Shown piece by piece: positions 10,894-24,130 of a stretch of DNA of 64,000 nucleotides. The notes under the pieces were generated by a model. It did not search any database. It had not been told where the DNA came from and saw nothing but the letters and a program-made list of their open reading frames with translations. The position numbers were made by a program, and so were the translations under genes. The stretch is taken from the NCBI RefSeq assembly GCF_026210795.1, contig NC_089434.1, positions 5,208,001-5,272,000 of the forward strand, written 5' to 3'. Origin of the DNA: Rhizophagus irregularis (lineage: Eukaryota). How positions within the stretch are numbered: the stretch's first letter is position 1; each line of letters begins with the position of its first letter.

Positions 10894-10955
10894 AAGTAGA
10901 TAGATCAAGTAGGCATCACTATAATTATAGTGATGCCTACTTGATCTATCTACTT
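10894..10955. repeat. Perfect 62-bp palindrome with no spacer
   Basis: AAGTAGATAGATCAAGTAGGCATCACTATAA|TTATAGTGATGCCTACTTGATCTATCTACTT. Confidence 0.95.
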
Positions 10956-12083
10956 GGTGATTACGAAAGTAAATTGATAATTTTTTGGCTTTTTCTATTA
11001 TTTCCTTTATCCATTCAATACTTATAATATTTTTCATCCATAAATGAATACCATACGTCCAATAGCCAAGGAAGATTTTTTTGGGATATTTTTATTTTAA
11101 GATCTTTCAAGCAGCCTTCATGTTTGGCGCATTATCTGTAATTATTGCACCAAATTTATTAATACCAGCATCTTTCATAGTAGTTTCAAGTCTTAGTGCA
11201 ATATTCTCTGCAGTATGACGTTCTTTCTTAAAAGCAGTTGCTTTAAAAAATAATAGTTTTAACGTTGAGATTATATAGTTTACAATAGAAGTTCTTTGAA
11301 TATTTGACCATCTATCACTAATTAAACAATATGTAGGACTTTTAGATAATGCTAAATTAACAACTAATTTTAAATGTTCAAATTCTTGATCTAAAAGAGT
11401 GTTTGAAAGAGTAAAACGTGAAGGAATCTTAAAAGAAGGGCAGGCTTTTTTAAAAATAAAATAAAATCTTTATTTTCAATTACATTAAATGAAATACCTG
11501 CTGAACAAAAAGCCTGTATAAGAAGACTTTCTAAAATAATCTGATCTTTGGAAGTAAAAGCAAATTTGTATTCGTCAAATGTTTGCTGTCTTTTACGTTT
11601 AGTACCTTGAGGTTGTGAAGTTTCAGTTTCTACATTTATATCTTTGCATTTTTCGATATGTTCTTTAAGATGAGAAGCATTTTTAGACCATATACCAGAA
11701 CAAGTTTTACATGTATATTTTTCTTTTCCATTAGAATCAACAGTAACTTCATACTCAAACCAAAAATTTCCTCTTGTTTTTGGCATAATAAAATGGGTTA
11801 AACTTAAAGAAAAAAGATTTTGTGTGGCGTTGCTCAATTAATGATCACTTTTTATTATTCAAATCACGTTTTAGTAAATCATTAAATCAATTTAAAAATT
11901 GGAAATTCAGAATCAATCTAATGTTATAATTGTTATAATTTTACTTACAAGCTTAAATATGTTGATTCTGAATTATTCTGATATTTTTTCCAAAACCTTC
12001 TGATGTAAGTTACATGTAACTTACAAAACTTAAAATGTAACTTACATCAAAATTTTTTAAGATACCATAATTTTACAACCCTA
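10956..12083 (-). mobile_element. Truncated hAT transposon (BED finger + N-terminal part of catalytic domain) with 5' TIR
   Basis: TIR TAGGGTTGTAAAA ends at 12083; ATG at 11786. CKTC...HIEKC BED finger, ISFNVIEN, LISDRWSN, HTAENI, ITDNAPNMKAA; frameshifts and stops; cut at ...YFRNHQV by the palindrome. Confidence 0.85.
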
Positions 12084-15000
12084 GCTGTCATGTAATCAAT
12101 GTGAATTTAAATCGATCTTGTAATGGCTAGATTGCAAATCATCAAGTTTTTGCAAAGTAGTTAAAATTTTATAATCTTAATTAAAAATTTATAATTATAG
12201 TCAGAATTTATTTTCAGTTAAAACTATTATTTAAACTTTTATATATATTTACTAATTTTGACAGAAATAATAAGGTAATTATATGGAGATATATAATTGT
12301 ATTATATAATAAGAGTTTTATTAATTTGCCTTCTGAATTAAATAATAACCTGAATTAAATCATTTCCCTAAAATTTATATTTTACATTTAATATTTTTTT
12401 TTTAAAAAAAAAAATTATTTGTGTTATTATTCATTTCACTTTATATAGATTTTATTTATTTGAATAGTATTTGGATATTATAGAGTATAATAATCAAATT
12501 TTCTTATATTTTTGACAATGTCTCTCATTTTTTATTGTAAATATTTGTAATCATAATTTACATCTTTTTTTTAAAAAAAAATTTGGGCAAAATTATATAA
12601 TTATATAAAATTTACTAGTAGGTTAAATCACCCAGATTAAATCACTCTAGGTTAAAATTAGTCTTATACATTCTTTGACAAATATTTTTTTTTTTAATAT
12701 AATTAATTTTTCAATTATTGGGTAGTTTACAATCCTAATTTACCATGTAACAATATTATGCAATTATACTAACCAAAAAAAAAAAATATTTTTATTTAAT
12801 AATTATTATAAATGCTAAAAATATTATAATTACTTAATTAATATGCTAATTAATATAAAAGATAAAATAAGATCAACATACTTGTGTGATTTGTACACAT
12901 TACTGGCACGTGAAAAAATTCATATCTCGGATTGAACACAGCTTCAGCATACACGTGAAAAAAGATTTATTACATGCAATTAAGATTCAGTAAATAATTG
13001 TCGGATGTCACGTAACAGTGCTTTTTAGTTTTTACGGCAAGTCTTAAACATGTTGCTTGTACATGCATTGAAGTAAACTATTATTTATTAAGTAATATAT
13101 ATATATATATATACACCTGAAAGTGCCGCGTGTTACGAACAAAAAAAAAAAAAGTGAAGCATTGTCGATTGATTTTGTATATTTCAAGATTTTAGTACCC
13201 GATATTGAAATATTATTATAAACTATACTTTTATTATTATCTATTTATTACATTTTTATCGAATCTCAATTGGTACACACATATATGCGCAATATTTGTA
13301 AATTATATTTTATAAGAATGAAGAATTTTAGTTAAGCAGGCGATTCGTGTTCAATTTCATCAAGACAATTATGTAGAGATTATATGTTGAGGATTTGTTG
13401 CTGTTTTTTGATAGTTAGTTCAACACGATTAGGTAGAGAAAATTTACATTATTTTTTTTAGGTGGAATATCGTTTTGAAACGAAAAAATTATGCAACATT
13501 GTAAACATTTATGAAAAAAGGATCTCAGGAAAATATCCTGAATTTTATTTGTACGTAATAAGTCCAATAAAAAATATATTTATTTTAAAAATAAAAATTA
13601 ATAAAGCGAAGGTAAAAAAAATAGGGAAAATAGACAAAAAAAAAATCAAAGAGCAAAGCAGAAACAACAAAATAGAGAAATGAAAATTAAGCGCATAAAA
13701 TATAAGAAAGATTAAAAAAAAAAGAAAAATGGATGAGAATCTCATATTGAGATATAAATCGGTAAGCGATAAGCGAGAATAAAAAAAATAAAAAATAAAG
13801 CCTCTCCCACACTGGGTATAAAAAAAAAATAATACGAAAACGAAAAAGAAGGGGGGTAAATATAATAATATATTATAGAAAGAAAAAATAATTAAAATTT
13901 TTTAAACTTGTAATATTCTCTCTTTTTTTTTATTTCGAGCCGTGAACCGTGCGTGCATTATTAAAAAAAAAAAAAACATAATCGGTTTTATGAATTTCTA
14001 TTTGCACAAAAAAAAAGAAAAGGAAAAGAAAAAGATTAATATGTGATATTTTTCACGAATTATAATTTAATTCATTCGTTTAACCTACCGATTTTTTTTA
14101 TTTTTTTTATTTATTTTTTTTATTTTTTTGTGATTTTTTGGGGGTTTTTTTAAGAAAAAGGGCAAAAGGGGGGGAATCTCATAAAGTCATGATTTTTTTG
14201 TATATACTAGTCATAATCTTAATGACGGACTGGCTTATCGTTTCATGAAATGAAATCTTATGAAGATTTTTTCGAGACTTAAATGGTCTGCTTTTATAAT
14301 AACTGAAATTTACGCAGTAACTAAAAGTTGTATGAAACGAGTAAGGGGATACATATAACAAAAATTAAGGAATTGGTAATAAAAAGACGCGTAACTTGGC
14401 GTACATAAATTAATGATGATGCATTTGAGTTTACGTATGAGTAATATCTTTTTCTTTTTTCAAAAAAGTAATAAACACGAAAATAAATAAATGGTTTACT
14501 TTAAACAAATAGAGAAATCGCGCGTCAGTGGCGTAAAATCAACATAATGAGTTCTTTTTTGTTCAATCATTATTATGAATATTACAGATTAAGTATATAT
14601 TAAAAGATGGCTTTTTATTAAAAAGAAAATTAACAAAGAGATAATTATTTAATAAATATGCATAAAACAAATATCAAAGTTCCGCGAAGAATTACAAAAA
14701 AGTAAAACAAGTAGAAAAACTAGATATATAGGGGATAAAAATAAAAAAGGAAAGTACCCATTCAAATCAGAAATAAGGTTGAGAATATATATATATACTC
14801 ATATATGAACTTTTATATTAATAAACCGATTATAGATAATGTGTTACGGAATACAATGATTAAAAAAAAATTATTATTTTTTATTATTTTTACTTTTAAA
14901 AAAATCTTTCATTAATGGTTATTTTTTCTTTTACAAAGAACTTACCAATCCTTTGCAGATCAATATTTAATTCATAATAAAATTTTCCGATTTAAGCTTC

Positions 15001-17011
15001 AAAGTTGCAGGGGAACTTTTTCTCACCCTCTTACATTCATTCTGGAACCCTGTACAATGTCGATCAATGATAGGATTCTGTATCAATATATCATATTTGG
15101 TTGTTCTTAATCTTTAATCCAAATAAACACGACAATTAAATATGAATATGTTTTGAAACATATGTTGAAAATTCAAAAAAAAAAAATCATCGAAAAAAAT
15201 TAGCCAACAACAGGGTAAGTATTAACAAATACATCATTTCTATTGGAGAACTGCAAATCACTGTTTTATTTATTATTTTTTTCTTTTTTTGTCATCATTC
15301 AGTCGACCATCGTATGATCTTTATTAAAGTAATTCCGTAACGGATCAAACCCTAATATAATTATCAGATCAACAATGGCTATACGAATTTGATTCAAATC
15401 AACTAATTAATCTCCGTAATTTTTTTTCTGTCATCATCAAAAGGAATTGATCTACAAGTCAATCGTTATTATTGATTTATCGACAGAGCGAACATATTTT
15501 TTATTATTTGTTTTGTAAAGAAAAAAACAAAAATTAAAATAATTTATTAAATGCAGTTTTATTATTTTCTTTATTACAAAGAAATCAAATAATCAAAAAA
15601 TATAGTTTTATTATAAATAAATTTAAAAATAGTTTTAATAAAATAGAAATAGATTTAATAAAATAGTTAATAAAAGATTTTATAAAATTTAAAATTAAAA
15701 AAAAAAAAATTACAAAGAATTTTTAGATTTTTGGAATTATTTTGTTTTTATTTTTCTCTGATTGTTAAAATTTTTTTTTAGTACTTCGTTACAAAACATA
15801 TACCGACAAAAATTTTGTATGGAAAACAATTATTTTTATTATATCTGATATGTGAAGTGTGAACATTTAAAGTTTAAGTTTTCCTTAATGATTATAGTTT
15901 CGGGTTATACAATACTCCGGCTAAATTACAGGTTTATTAAGTTGTAAATAAATTGTAAATAATTGTAAATCGTTGAAATAATTGTAAATCGTTGAAATAA
16001 TTGTAATAATTGATACTGTGATTTGAATGATTGGTTATTTAATAACTCTTTTTTGGTTTCAATGACTTTTTTTTTGCAATCCCTCTATATTTTCTATATT
16101 TGTGAAATTTAGGGGAGCTGAATTTTTTCGTAAAAAAAAAATAAAAATTGCTAAAAAATCAAGTAAGAGAATACGTACAAATTAATTATCTTAATAGGTT
16201 ATGTTAAAGCAACAAATGGTATAGTACAACCTCTAAAAATTCTTCCCTCCAATTATTACCACCTCTTTTGATAATACTGATAATACAGTTTTTATTCACG
16301 GAATTTTGGAATGCTAATTTAGCCAGTTAGGAAAGGCCTAGACCGGTCTATGGCAAACGAGGTGTGTCAGGTGCGTCGATTGATTAGCCATACTTTCCAT
16401 ACTTTGCGGCTTAATTGGCTTAACTCATTATTTGGATGATCATTGATCAGCAGCAGATGATTGATAAAAACTGATTTTATTAACAAGATCAAAACTAGGA
16501 TTAACTAGATTAATAACTCGTCAAATATGATTGACTCGGCAAAAAATGTCATCGATCATTATCAATTACTAAATGTAGAAATATTAAAGGTTCCAGTATC
16601 CGAGTACGGATAAAGCCAACCTTCTTTACAGCCTGATACAGCCATATTCACGTTTTTAATAAATACCTTTTGAATTTTTTAATTTTCGCGACATAAATTC
16701 GCCGGTCTACATTTTTTAAATATGGCCACTTTTTAGTATTACTCTTTTTTAAATATTGCCACTTTTTTAAAATGTGACTAAAATTTGAGACTACTTTATA
16801 ACTGCGAGTCTCAAATTACTCCATGCCTCAAATAAGATCATGGTTTTAAAATGCAAAGGAAAAATGCTTTTAAAACTTTATTATTTTAAAAACTTAAAAT
16901 TACAAATTATTTAAACTTTGAAGTCGATGAAAACCAAAAATTGGTTTGTTAAAGAACAAAAATGTCAAACTTGTGACAAAGAACAGCAGGTTTATTATAA
17001 CCCAATGGGCC

Positions 17012-17086
17012 TAACTCGCGAGTTACGTTATACTAGTAACTCGCGAGTTATGTTATACTTGTAACTCGCGACTCGAGACTCGAGAC
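17012..17086. repeat. Three 25-bp-period copies of palindrome TAACTCGCGAGTTA (third partial), probably a MITE interior
   Basis: Copies at 17012, 17037 and 17062, followed by CTCGAGA repeats. Confidence 0.7.
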
Positions 17087-17474
17087 TTATAGGGTCACAA
17101 CGGGAGATTGCCGGGGGGTTATTGATCTTGAAGGCAATAGTATTTAATATAAACATTATTTATTAGGGTTCTGCCATTCATTATATAGTGGCAAAATAAT
17201 TATTTATATTCGCAAATTTAAATTAATATATATATATATTATATACAGTATATATATATTTTTATTATTATTTATTTTTCATGAGAGCAAGAAATTTCTT
17301 TATATTAGATTATTGATTTTTCATTTCATGTATTCATGGTTTTTAAAAAAAAATCATGAATTTCCTACTGGTTCATTGGACACAGTGTTAGACGTAAACA
17401 ATCAGATAGCCTGATAGTAGTCGATGAATTTAAATTCATTAGTCATCTTGGTAGATTTATTGAATTCTAATATA

Positions 17475-17700
17475 TTTATTTCATTTCGTGTATTCATTTA
17501 TTTATTTTATTTCATGTATTCATTTATTTATTCATTTCGTGTATTCATTTATTTATTCATTTCGTGTTATTCATTTTCATTTCGTGTATTCATTTATTTA
17601 TTCATTTCGTATTTATTTCATTTCGTGTATTCATTTATTTTATAAATCTTCAATTATAATATATATTTATTTCATTTCATGTATTCATTTATTTTATAAA
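17475..17700. repeat. ~25-bp minisatellite (TTCATTTCGTGTATTCATTTATTTA)
   Basis: Several imperfect tandem copies. Confidence 0.85.
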
Positions 17701-18239
17701 TTTTTCTTTAATAAAATTGATTACGTTGATGCGAGCAAATTTTATTAGCACTTTTTAATTTTTATGATTTATATTGAAATGTTAAAATTGTACGCTTTAT
17801 CTCTATTATTAGGATGTGCGGGATTTGTCACATTTCATTCATACAACCAAATTTTACGTAATAATGAAATGTTTTTCATACAGGTTTGAGTTTCAAATTC
17901 TGTATGGCTTTTAATTTTTTTTTAGAGGTATATCTCCGACTATCCGCACATCATCTATTTTTGGTTATATTCGTAAATTTCTTTTCCTGTTGATGATCGC
18001 TAATTAATAATTGATCACAAAATAATCCATAAGCAAGAAAATTCAAGTTTATATAAATTACTTTCAATGATAATAAATAAATTTCTTATTATTTAATAAA
18101 TAAAGAAAAATAAGTTTTTTGAATTACATGAATTGATGATTGGTGCTTTTCAGCCTTTCAAGTCTAAGTTATCCGTAAATATTATTGAATCCGTAAATAT
18201 TATTATTATAATTGAAAAAAAAGCCTTACTACTGTGCCT

Positions 18240-18360
18240 TTTTTCGATTTTTGATTTTTTGATTTTTTGATTTTGATTTTTGATTTTGATTTTTTGATTT
18301 TTTTGATTTTTGATTTTTGATTTTTTGATTTTGTTTTTTGATTTTTGATTTTTGATTTTT
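18240..18360. repeat. (TTTTTGA)n microsatellite
   Basis: Direct inspection. Confidence 0.9.
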
Positions 18361-19110
18361 AAACTTATAAATAAAAAACAAATATTTATTAATACAATAT
18401 TATTAATACAATTATAATTAAGTAAATAAAAAACAAAAAATGTACTTGAAAAAAAAAAAAATTCAGCCATTTTCTCGAAATTTTTTGCCTCAAATGTTAT
18501 TGTTTATCGATTAAAGGCTTTTAACGTATTTTGGGCTTAACCTTTCCTTTATTATATGCTGTAGATCATAATTACGTAATCGATTTATATGATATAAATG
18601 ATAGGCTAACCGCTGAAAAAACAATCAATTGTTGTTTATTTTTTCAAATTGATTTGTTTGTTTGTTTACACGTGAGAAAAAAGAAATAAAAAAAAAATAC
18701 TTATTTTTTTATTTTTTTTTTTTTGGATTAGTTGGTCAGTGCGTCACTACCATGTTATACTACGCAATGTTTTTTTTTCGGTGTAGTATTTTTATTAAGT
18801 ATTAAAATTAGTGTTAAATTAGTATTAAATTAGTATTAAATTTTCCACTATTTTTTACTATCCTTCATTTTTTTTCTTTTTTTCCTTAAACTCTTACAAA
18901 ACAAAACGGAAAAAAAAATAAATTAATTTTCAGTCTTTAGTATAACAAACAAAACTTTACAAACTAAACTTTCACAATCATTAACAAACCTTACAAATAT
19001 CTTACAATCATAACAATCATAGTAAACCATATAAACCATAAAAACAAACAACTTAATAAGACCATAATAACAAACAAACTTATCAAAGTTTTCTAACTTA
19101 ACCTCACAAA

Positions 19111-21180
19111 AACCTCGCCTCATTGTGGCCAAGCCAACCTAGCCGCAGTCGGCGACTTAGCCCATTATTGTCTTACGCCCATTATTATTCCCATTTTATT
19201 TATTAAATTATAAAGGATGGAGAAGAGGGAACAGTAGAAATTAGGATGGTCTAAAACTGGACAATGGCCATTCCCCACAAATGACATTTCCCTAATAACT
19301 GCGCAAAATGGTATTTGGGCTTTTAAAACGTATAGTTCCGATGGATACATTTGTTGAAGAATTCCACTTCCTCTTATCTAAACAATCTCCCTTATGGCCG
19401 GTTATTACTTATTATATCATTTATTAAAAAAAATACCAGTATCCGGTAACACTTTGGTACACTGGATTCATATAAAATCCATTAATCGAAATGGAAGATG
19501 TTGATGAGTGGTGTTTGGCACCTTTTTTTAAAGATATAATGGATATTACATTAAAAAGTAGAAGAAGAGGGAGAACTCTATGGCTCCAAAGTTCGTAAAT
19601 TTACGAAAAGCCAAATCTATTCAGAGACCATGGACTGGTCGGACCACCCCATTAGATGATGCCAATGCTGCGGCTGATATTGTTCATTTGGATTATCATA
19701 TCCGTATGGCCGATATTGGAAACTTACGACCGATATTGGTGATGAACACTGCTGCGGCCGATATTGGACACCTACGACAGAAAACAAACTATAAGACCAT
19801 AATAACAAATAAACTAATTATTGTGACCAAGCCAACCTAGCCGCAGTCGGCGACTTAGCCCATTATGGTCTTACGCCCATTATTATTCCCATTTTATTTA
19901 TTAAATTAATAAAGGATGGAGAAGAGGGAACAGTAGAAATTAGGATGGTTTAAAACCGGACAATGGCCATTCCCCACAAATGACATTTCCCTGATAACTG
20001 CGCCAAATGGTATTTGGGCTTTTAAAACATATAATTCCGATGGAAATAATTTATCATTTCACCGGATACATTTGTTGAAGAATTTCACTTCCTCTTGTCT
20101 AAACAAGCCCGGTTATTATATTATTTATTTATTAAAAAAAAAATTCAAAATACCAGTATCCGGTATCATTTTGGTACACTAGATTCATATAAAATCCGTT
20201 AATCGAAATGGAAGATGTTGATGAGTGGTGTTTGGCACCTTTTTTTAAAGATATACAACCTCGTCTACTGCTACATTATTTGACAAGAATCTTATGAGAG
20301 ATTTAGTCAAGGAAATGCTTAGGGACAAGGGATTACCTACAATCAGCACTACGTCATCTTTTTTTATGAAAAGTGAAGAAGAAGAGGGGGAACTCTTATG
20401 GCTTCAAAACACGTAAATTTACGAAAAGCCAAATCTATTCAGAGACCATGGACTGGTCGGACCACCCCATTAGGTGATGCCAATGCTGCGGCTGATATTG
20501 TTCACATTAGATAATCGTATTAGTATGGCCGATATTGGAGTATGAATTTATTATTAGTGAAATAAGAACATAAGAACCTCGCCTCATTGTGGCCAAGCCA
20601 GCCTAGCCTATTTTTATAAATTAATGAAGGATGGAGAAGAAGGTACAGTAGAAATTAGGATCATACATAAGCACTTAGCGCCACCATAACTGGTTTAAAA
20701 CTGGCCAAAGGCCATTCCCCAACATTTTGGCCAAAGGACATTTCCCCTAATAACTGCGCCAAATGGTATTTGGGCTTTTAAACATATAGTTCCGATGGAA
20801 ATAATATTTGTTGAAGAATTCCACTTCCTCTTATCTAAACAAGCTCCTTTATGGCCGGTTATCAATTATTATATTATTTATTAAAAATACCAGTATCCGG
20901 TATCACTCTGGTACACTAGATTCATATAAAATCCATTAATCGAAATGGAAGATGTTGATGAGTGGTGTTTGGCACCTTTTTTTAAAGATATAATGGATAT
21001 ATTACATTAAAAAGTTGAAGAAGAAGAGGGGGAACTCTCATGACTCCAAAACTCGTAAATTTACGAAAATCCAAATTTATTTAGAGATCACGGACTGGTA
21101 TTACTTTAGACAGTTATGTTGGTAATATTATATTGGCCGATATTGGACACTTACTACCGATATTGGTGATGGCACTGTTG
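19111..21180 (+). repeat. Tandem triplication of a ~700-750-bp unit with degenerate coding remnants
   Basis: Units start near 19111, 19820 and 20575 (ATTGTG(G/A)CCAAGCCA...). Shared blocks GGATGGAGAAGA, ATGGAAGATGTTGATGAGTGGTGTTTGGCACC, CGTAAATTTACGAAAA. Confidence 0.85.
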
Positions 21181-21472
21181 CTGGTGATGGCGCGCTGAGA
21201 CGTTTTTAAAATTATTATTGATAATAATCATTTTACACAATTTAAACAAGAGAAAATGATCTTATGTGAAATTCAATTACTTTACGTAATTTAAACAAGA
21301 GAAGTAAATACATAATAATAATATTGATATCCCGTGGTCTACCCATTATTTTAACAAGAAACCGTGGGAAACTTCAAATTAGGAAAGAGATCAAGTGGAT
21401 TAAAGACATTCATGAACGTAAAGAAAATCTTGCCGAAATAATTGCTTTTACGTCGGGTACAGATTCTTTTTT

Positions 21473-21700
21473 ATGTTATACTTTATTGTATTGTAATTCT
21501 TCAATAATTTACTTTTAATAATAGTAACTCTAATTGAATCACATCATTGCGATTTTGATAAATTCTATCTCCATTTTTTTTTATTATACCCATGTTATAC
21601 TTTATTGTAATTCTTCAATAATTTACTTTTAATAATAGTAACTCTAATTTAATCACATCATTGCGATTGATAAATTCTATCTCCATTTTTTTTTATTATT
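21473..21700. repeat. ~120-bp tandem duplication
   Basis: ATGTTATACTTTATTGTA...AAATTCTATCTCCATTTT at ~21473 and ~21592. Confidence 0.8.
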
Positions 21701-22097
21701 ATTATACTCAAAGGGAACGATGTATCTTATTTAAAGGAAAAATTACAATATACCAAATAAATAACATCCTACCCGCCTGCAAATATACCCCATGAATTAT
21801 CTAATCACTGAACAAATTATAATTTATATATAAAAACTATATAAAGTATAAACTATATGACTAACCTAAACTGCCAAAAGCAATTATTAACCATCACCTT
21901 CGTCTTAATTCTACCATTTATTATTTTATTATAAACCTAAAATACCAACGTAATGCCCTCCACCTTTTTGGAGAGATGATACGCTCAAGGGAAGAGGAAA
22001 TATTTCTTCGCAATAAGAAGCGCTTGTTCTTTCATTTTCGTGAGGGCGAAACTGAATCGTTCCGCTTGAGTGAGTGATTGAATTGTAAAATCTCATC

Positions 22098-22289
22098 TAG
22101 GGATTGGAATCGATTAATCAAAAATCGACAAAACATAGTAAATCGATTCTCGAGAATCGATTCTCAGCAATTTTTTACATATAAGTTAAGTGCTGATTAT
22201 TTTTGCTGAAATTAGAAACTGATTCAATGTCAGGTTTGTCGTCTATAAGAAAAATCTTGAAAAGATTCGATTTTCGATTCCAATCCCTA
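22098..22289. mobile_element. hAT-family MITE
   Basis: TIR TAGGGATTGGAATCGA / TCGATTCCAATCCCTA; 8-bp TSD ATCTCATC at 22090-22097 and 22290-22297. Confidence 0.92.
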
Positions 22290-22339
22290 ATCTCATCTTC
22301 CACACTTTTTTCCATATCATCTTACTTCAGTCTAAATAC

Positions 22340-24130
22340 ATGTAAACATAAATAAGAACATAATATAATCAAATAAAAATTCTATTAATTTTATTTTATA
22401 AAGTTGTGAATTATATTAAATCTTTATTCTGTATCTTTCTTATAATTATTTGAAAATTTTGTGGTGTTGGGTCCCTATGTGGATCATCGTATACTTCGAT
22501 GTCATCTAAGATACGGGTATTCCTATGATCGACAGTAGTGGGTTTCTTGCAAGGTCCGTTTTTTTGTGCGATCAATTCCCTGAGACACTTCCCATTGTAC
22601 CATCATCTCGCAACGGGAGGATAATGTCAAATCCATTTTTCCCTATAACGCGTTATAATACAGTGAGTCGAACTCGTCCGAGACTTTTGAAGTGCCCATC
22701 AAGATGTCCAGGACGGTGTTGATTATGTTTGTGTTTAGCTCTAAGTTATTATGTAACAATTCTCTGATAAGTGCCCTGAGTTGAGTGAAATAACGCTCTT
22801 GATCTCCATTTTTTGAGTATTTGACCTACCGGTAGCGTATTGTTTAGGATCTTGACCATAAAAGCCCAGAGGGCGTTGCGTCTTGAACTAGTACATTTAA
22901 AGTGTTGGACTTGTTTGAGTGCATTCCATGTGATTGTCCAATCGAAATCATGGGCTCGGTCAATTAAGCTATCTTGATTACAACTTAGTTGACTCCATTG
23001 CGCATCATTTAAAGAACTCATCATAATCTTAACAAACTTCCTAATTTTCTTCTCAATTGGTATGTTCCCAATTATTGGTATAATGATAAATCTTCTGTTC
23101 CTTGGTTAAAGCGGTATACATCTTCCACGAAGGGGCATCAAGGCTTCTTTCGCTAAGACATCTACCTTATTCCAATAATCCCCGCTATGTCTCTTAACCT
23201 TATGAAGTACCAACCTTAACTTACATTCTGTACCACCCTACATATTTTCTGCAAAATCAAAAATTGTTACTATCTATTATCTGACGAGATTTTTTAAACA
23301 AATCGCATTGATGGGCATGGATCGCGGCTTCACTGTCCGTGTATATATTAACGGAGGGAGAGTATGGCAAGCAATATGGCATATAATTCTGCTCTGGTCG
23401 ATGATGGCCAGTTCTCGATCCTGACTTTCATACTTAATTCTGTAGTGGTTTCTATGAAGGCAGCTCCTTGTAAAACTTCATAAGAGTCCGGATTTCATTT
23501 ATTGTTGTATTCTTGCTTAAGACTACCATCCGTGTAAAAATTTAAAACTTGTAAATGCGACAGCTGATCTTTGACGGCCGTCGGCTTATGCCCTATTTCA
23601 GATGAGCCAAACTATTGATCAACCCATCGATATCTATCTTCAATAAGACATGGGAGTTCCACTAATTATAACTCGTTTTCTTTCTCTATTATATTTAACT
23701 TTATAATAAATATAATAAATGATTGGTGTTCATGGTTCATCGATGTCACATGAATTGGTAGAGGTACCGATTGATGGGTGGTGATTGGGTGTATGTGTTA
23801 ACACGTAATTATTATGACCTATCACCGATATAACTCTAGAAAGTCTGCGTGGAACTAATCGTGTCTGGCTGTTATTCGATTTCTCTAACCAGTATGCGTT
23901 ACCTTTTTGGGGATCAAATTTACATAAGTTCCATATTTCTACCGTCAGTGTATCAGCGTTGTAAGATCTTTCAATGATTTGGCAAATCTTCATCCCCATA
24001 ACTAATAGTTTCAATAATAAGTAGACTAGGTAAGATATTTCCTTGATCGTGTCAAAATCATAGTGTATCTATTAGTAAAACTGCTCTTAACGCCATCTGA
24101 GGCATCTTAGGAAGCCCAAATATAGGTTTT
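22340..24130 (-). mobile_element. Degenerate non-LTR retrotransposon 3' part (RNase H + zf-RVT-like region)
   Basis: LNFYTDGSLKQ, IENWPSSTRAELYAIL, VNIYTDSEAAI, LHKVKRHSGD, WAFMVKILNNTLPVG; many frameshifts. Confidence 0.8.

Larger units (their letters stand above)
702..10955. mobile_element. Composite virus-like element: Gag-protease + asfarvirus-like PolB + accessory genes, ending in a palindrome
   Basis: Intronless, densely packed ORFs; visibly higher GC than flanks; similar light decay across genes. Sharp right boundary at the 62-bp palindrome; left end interrupted by the hAT TIR. Confidence 0.65.
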
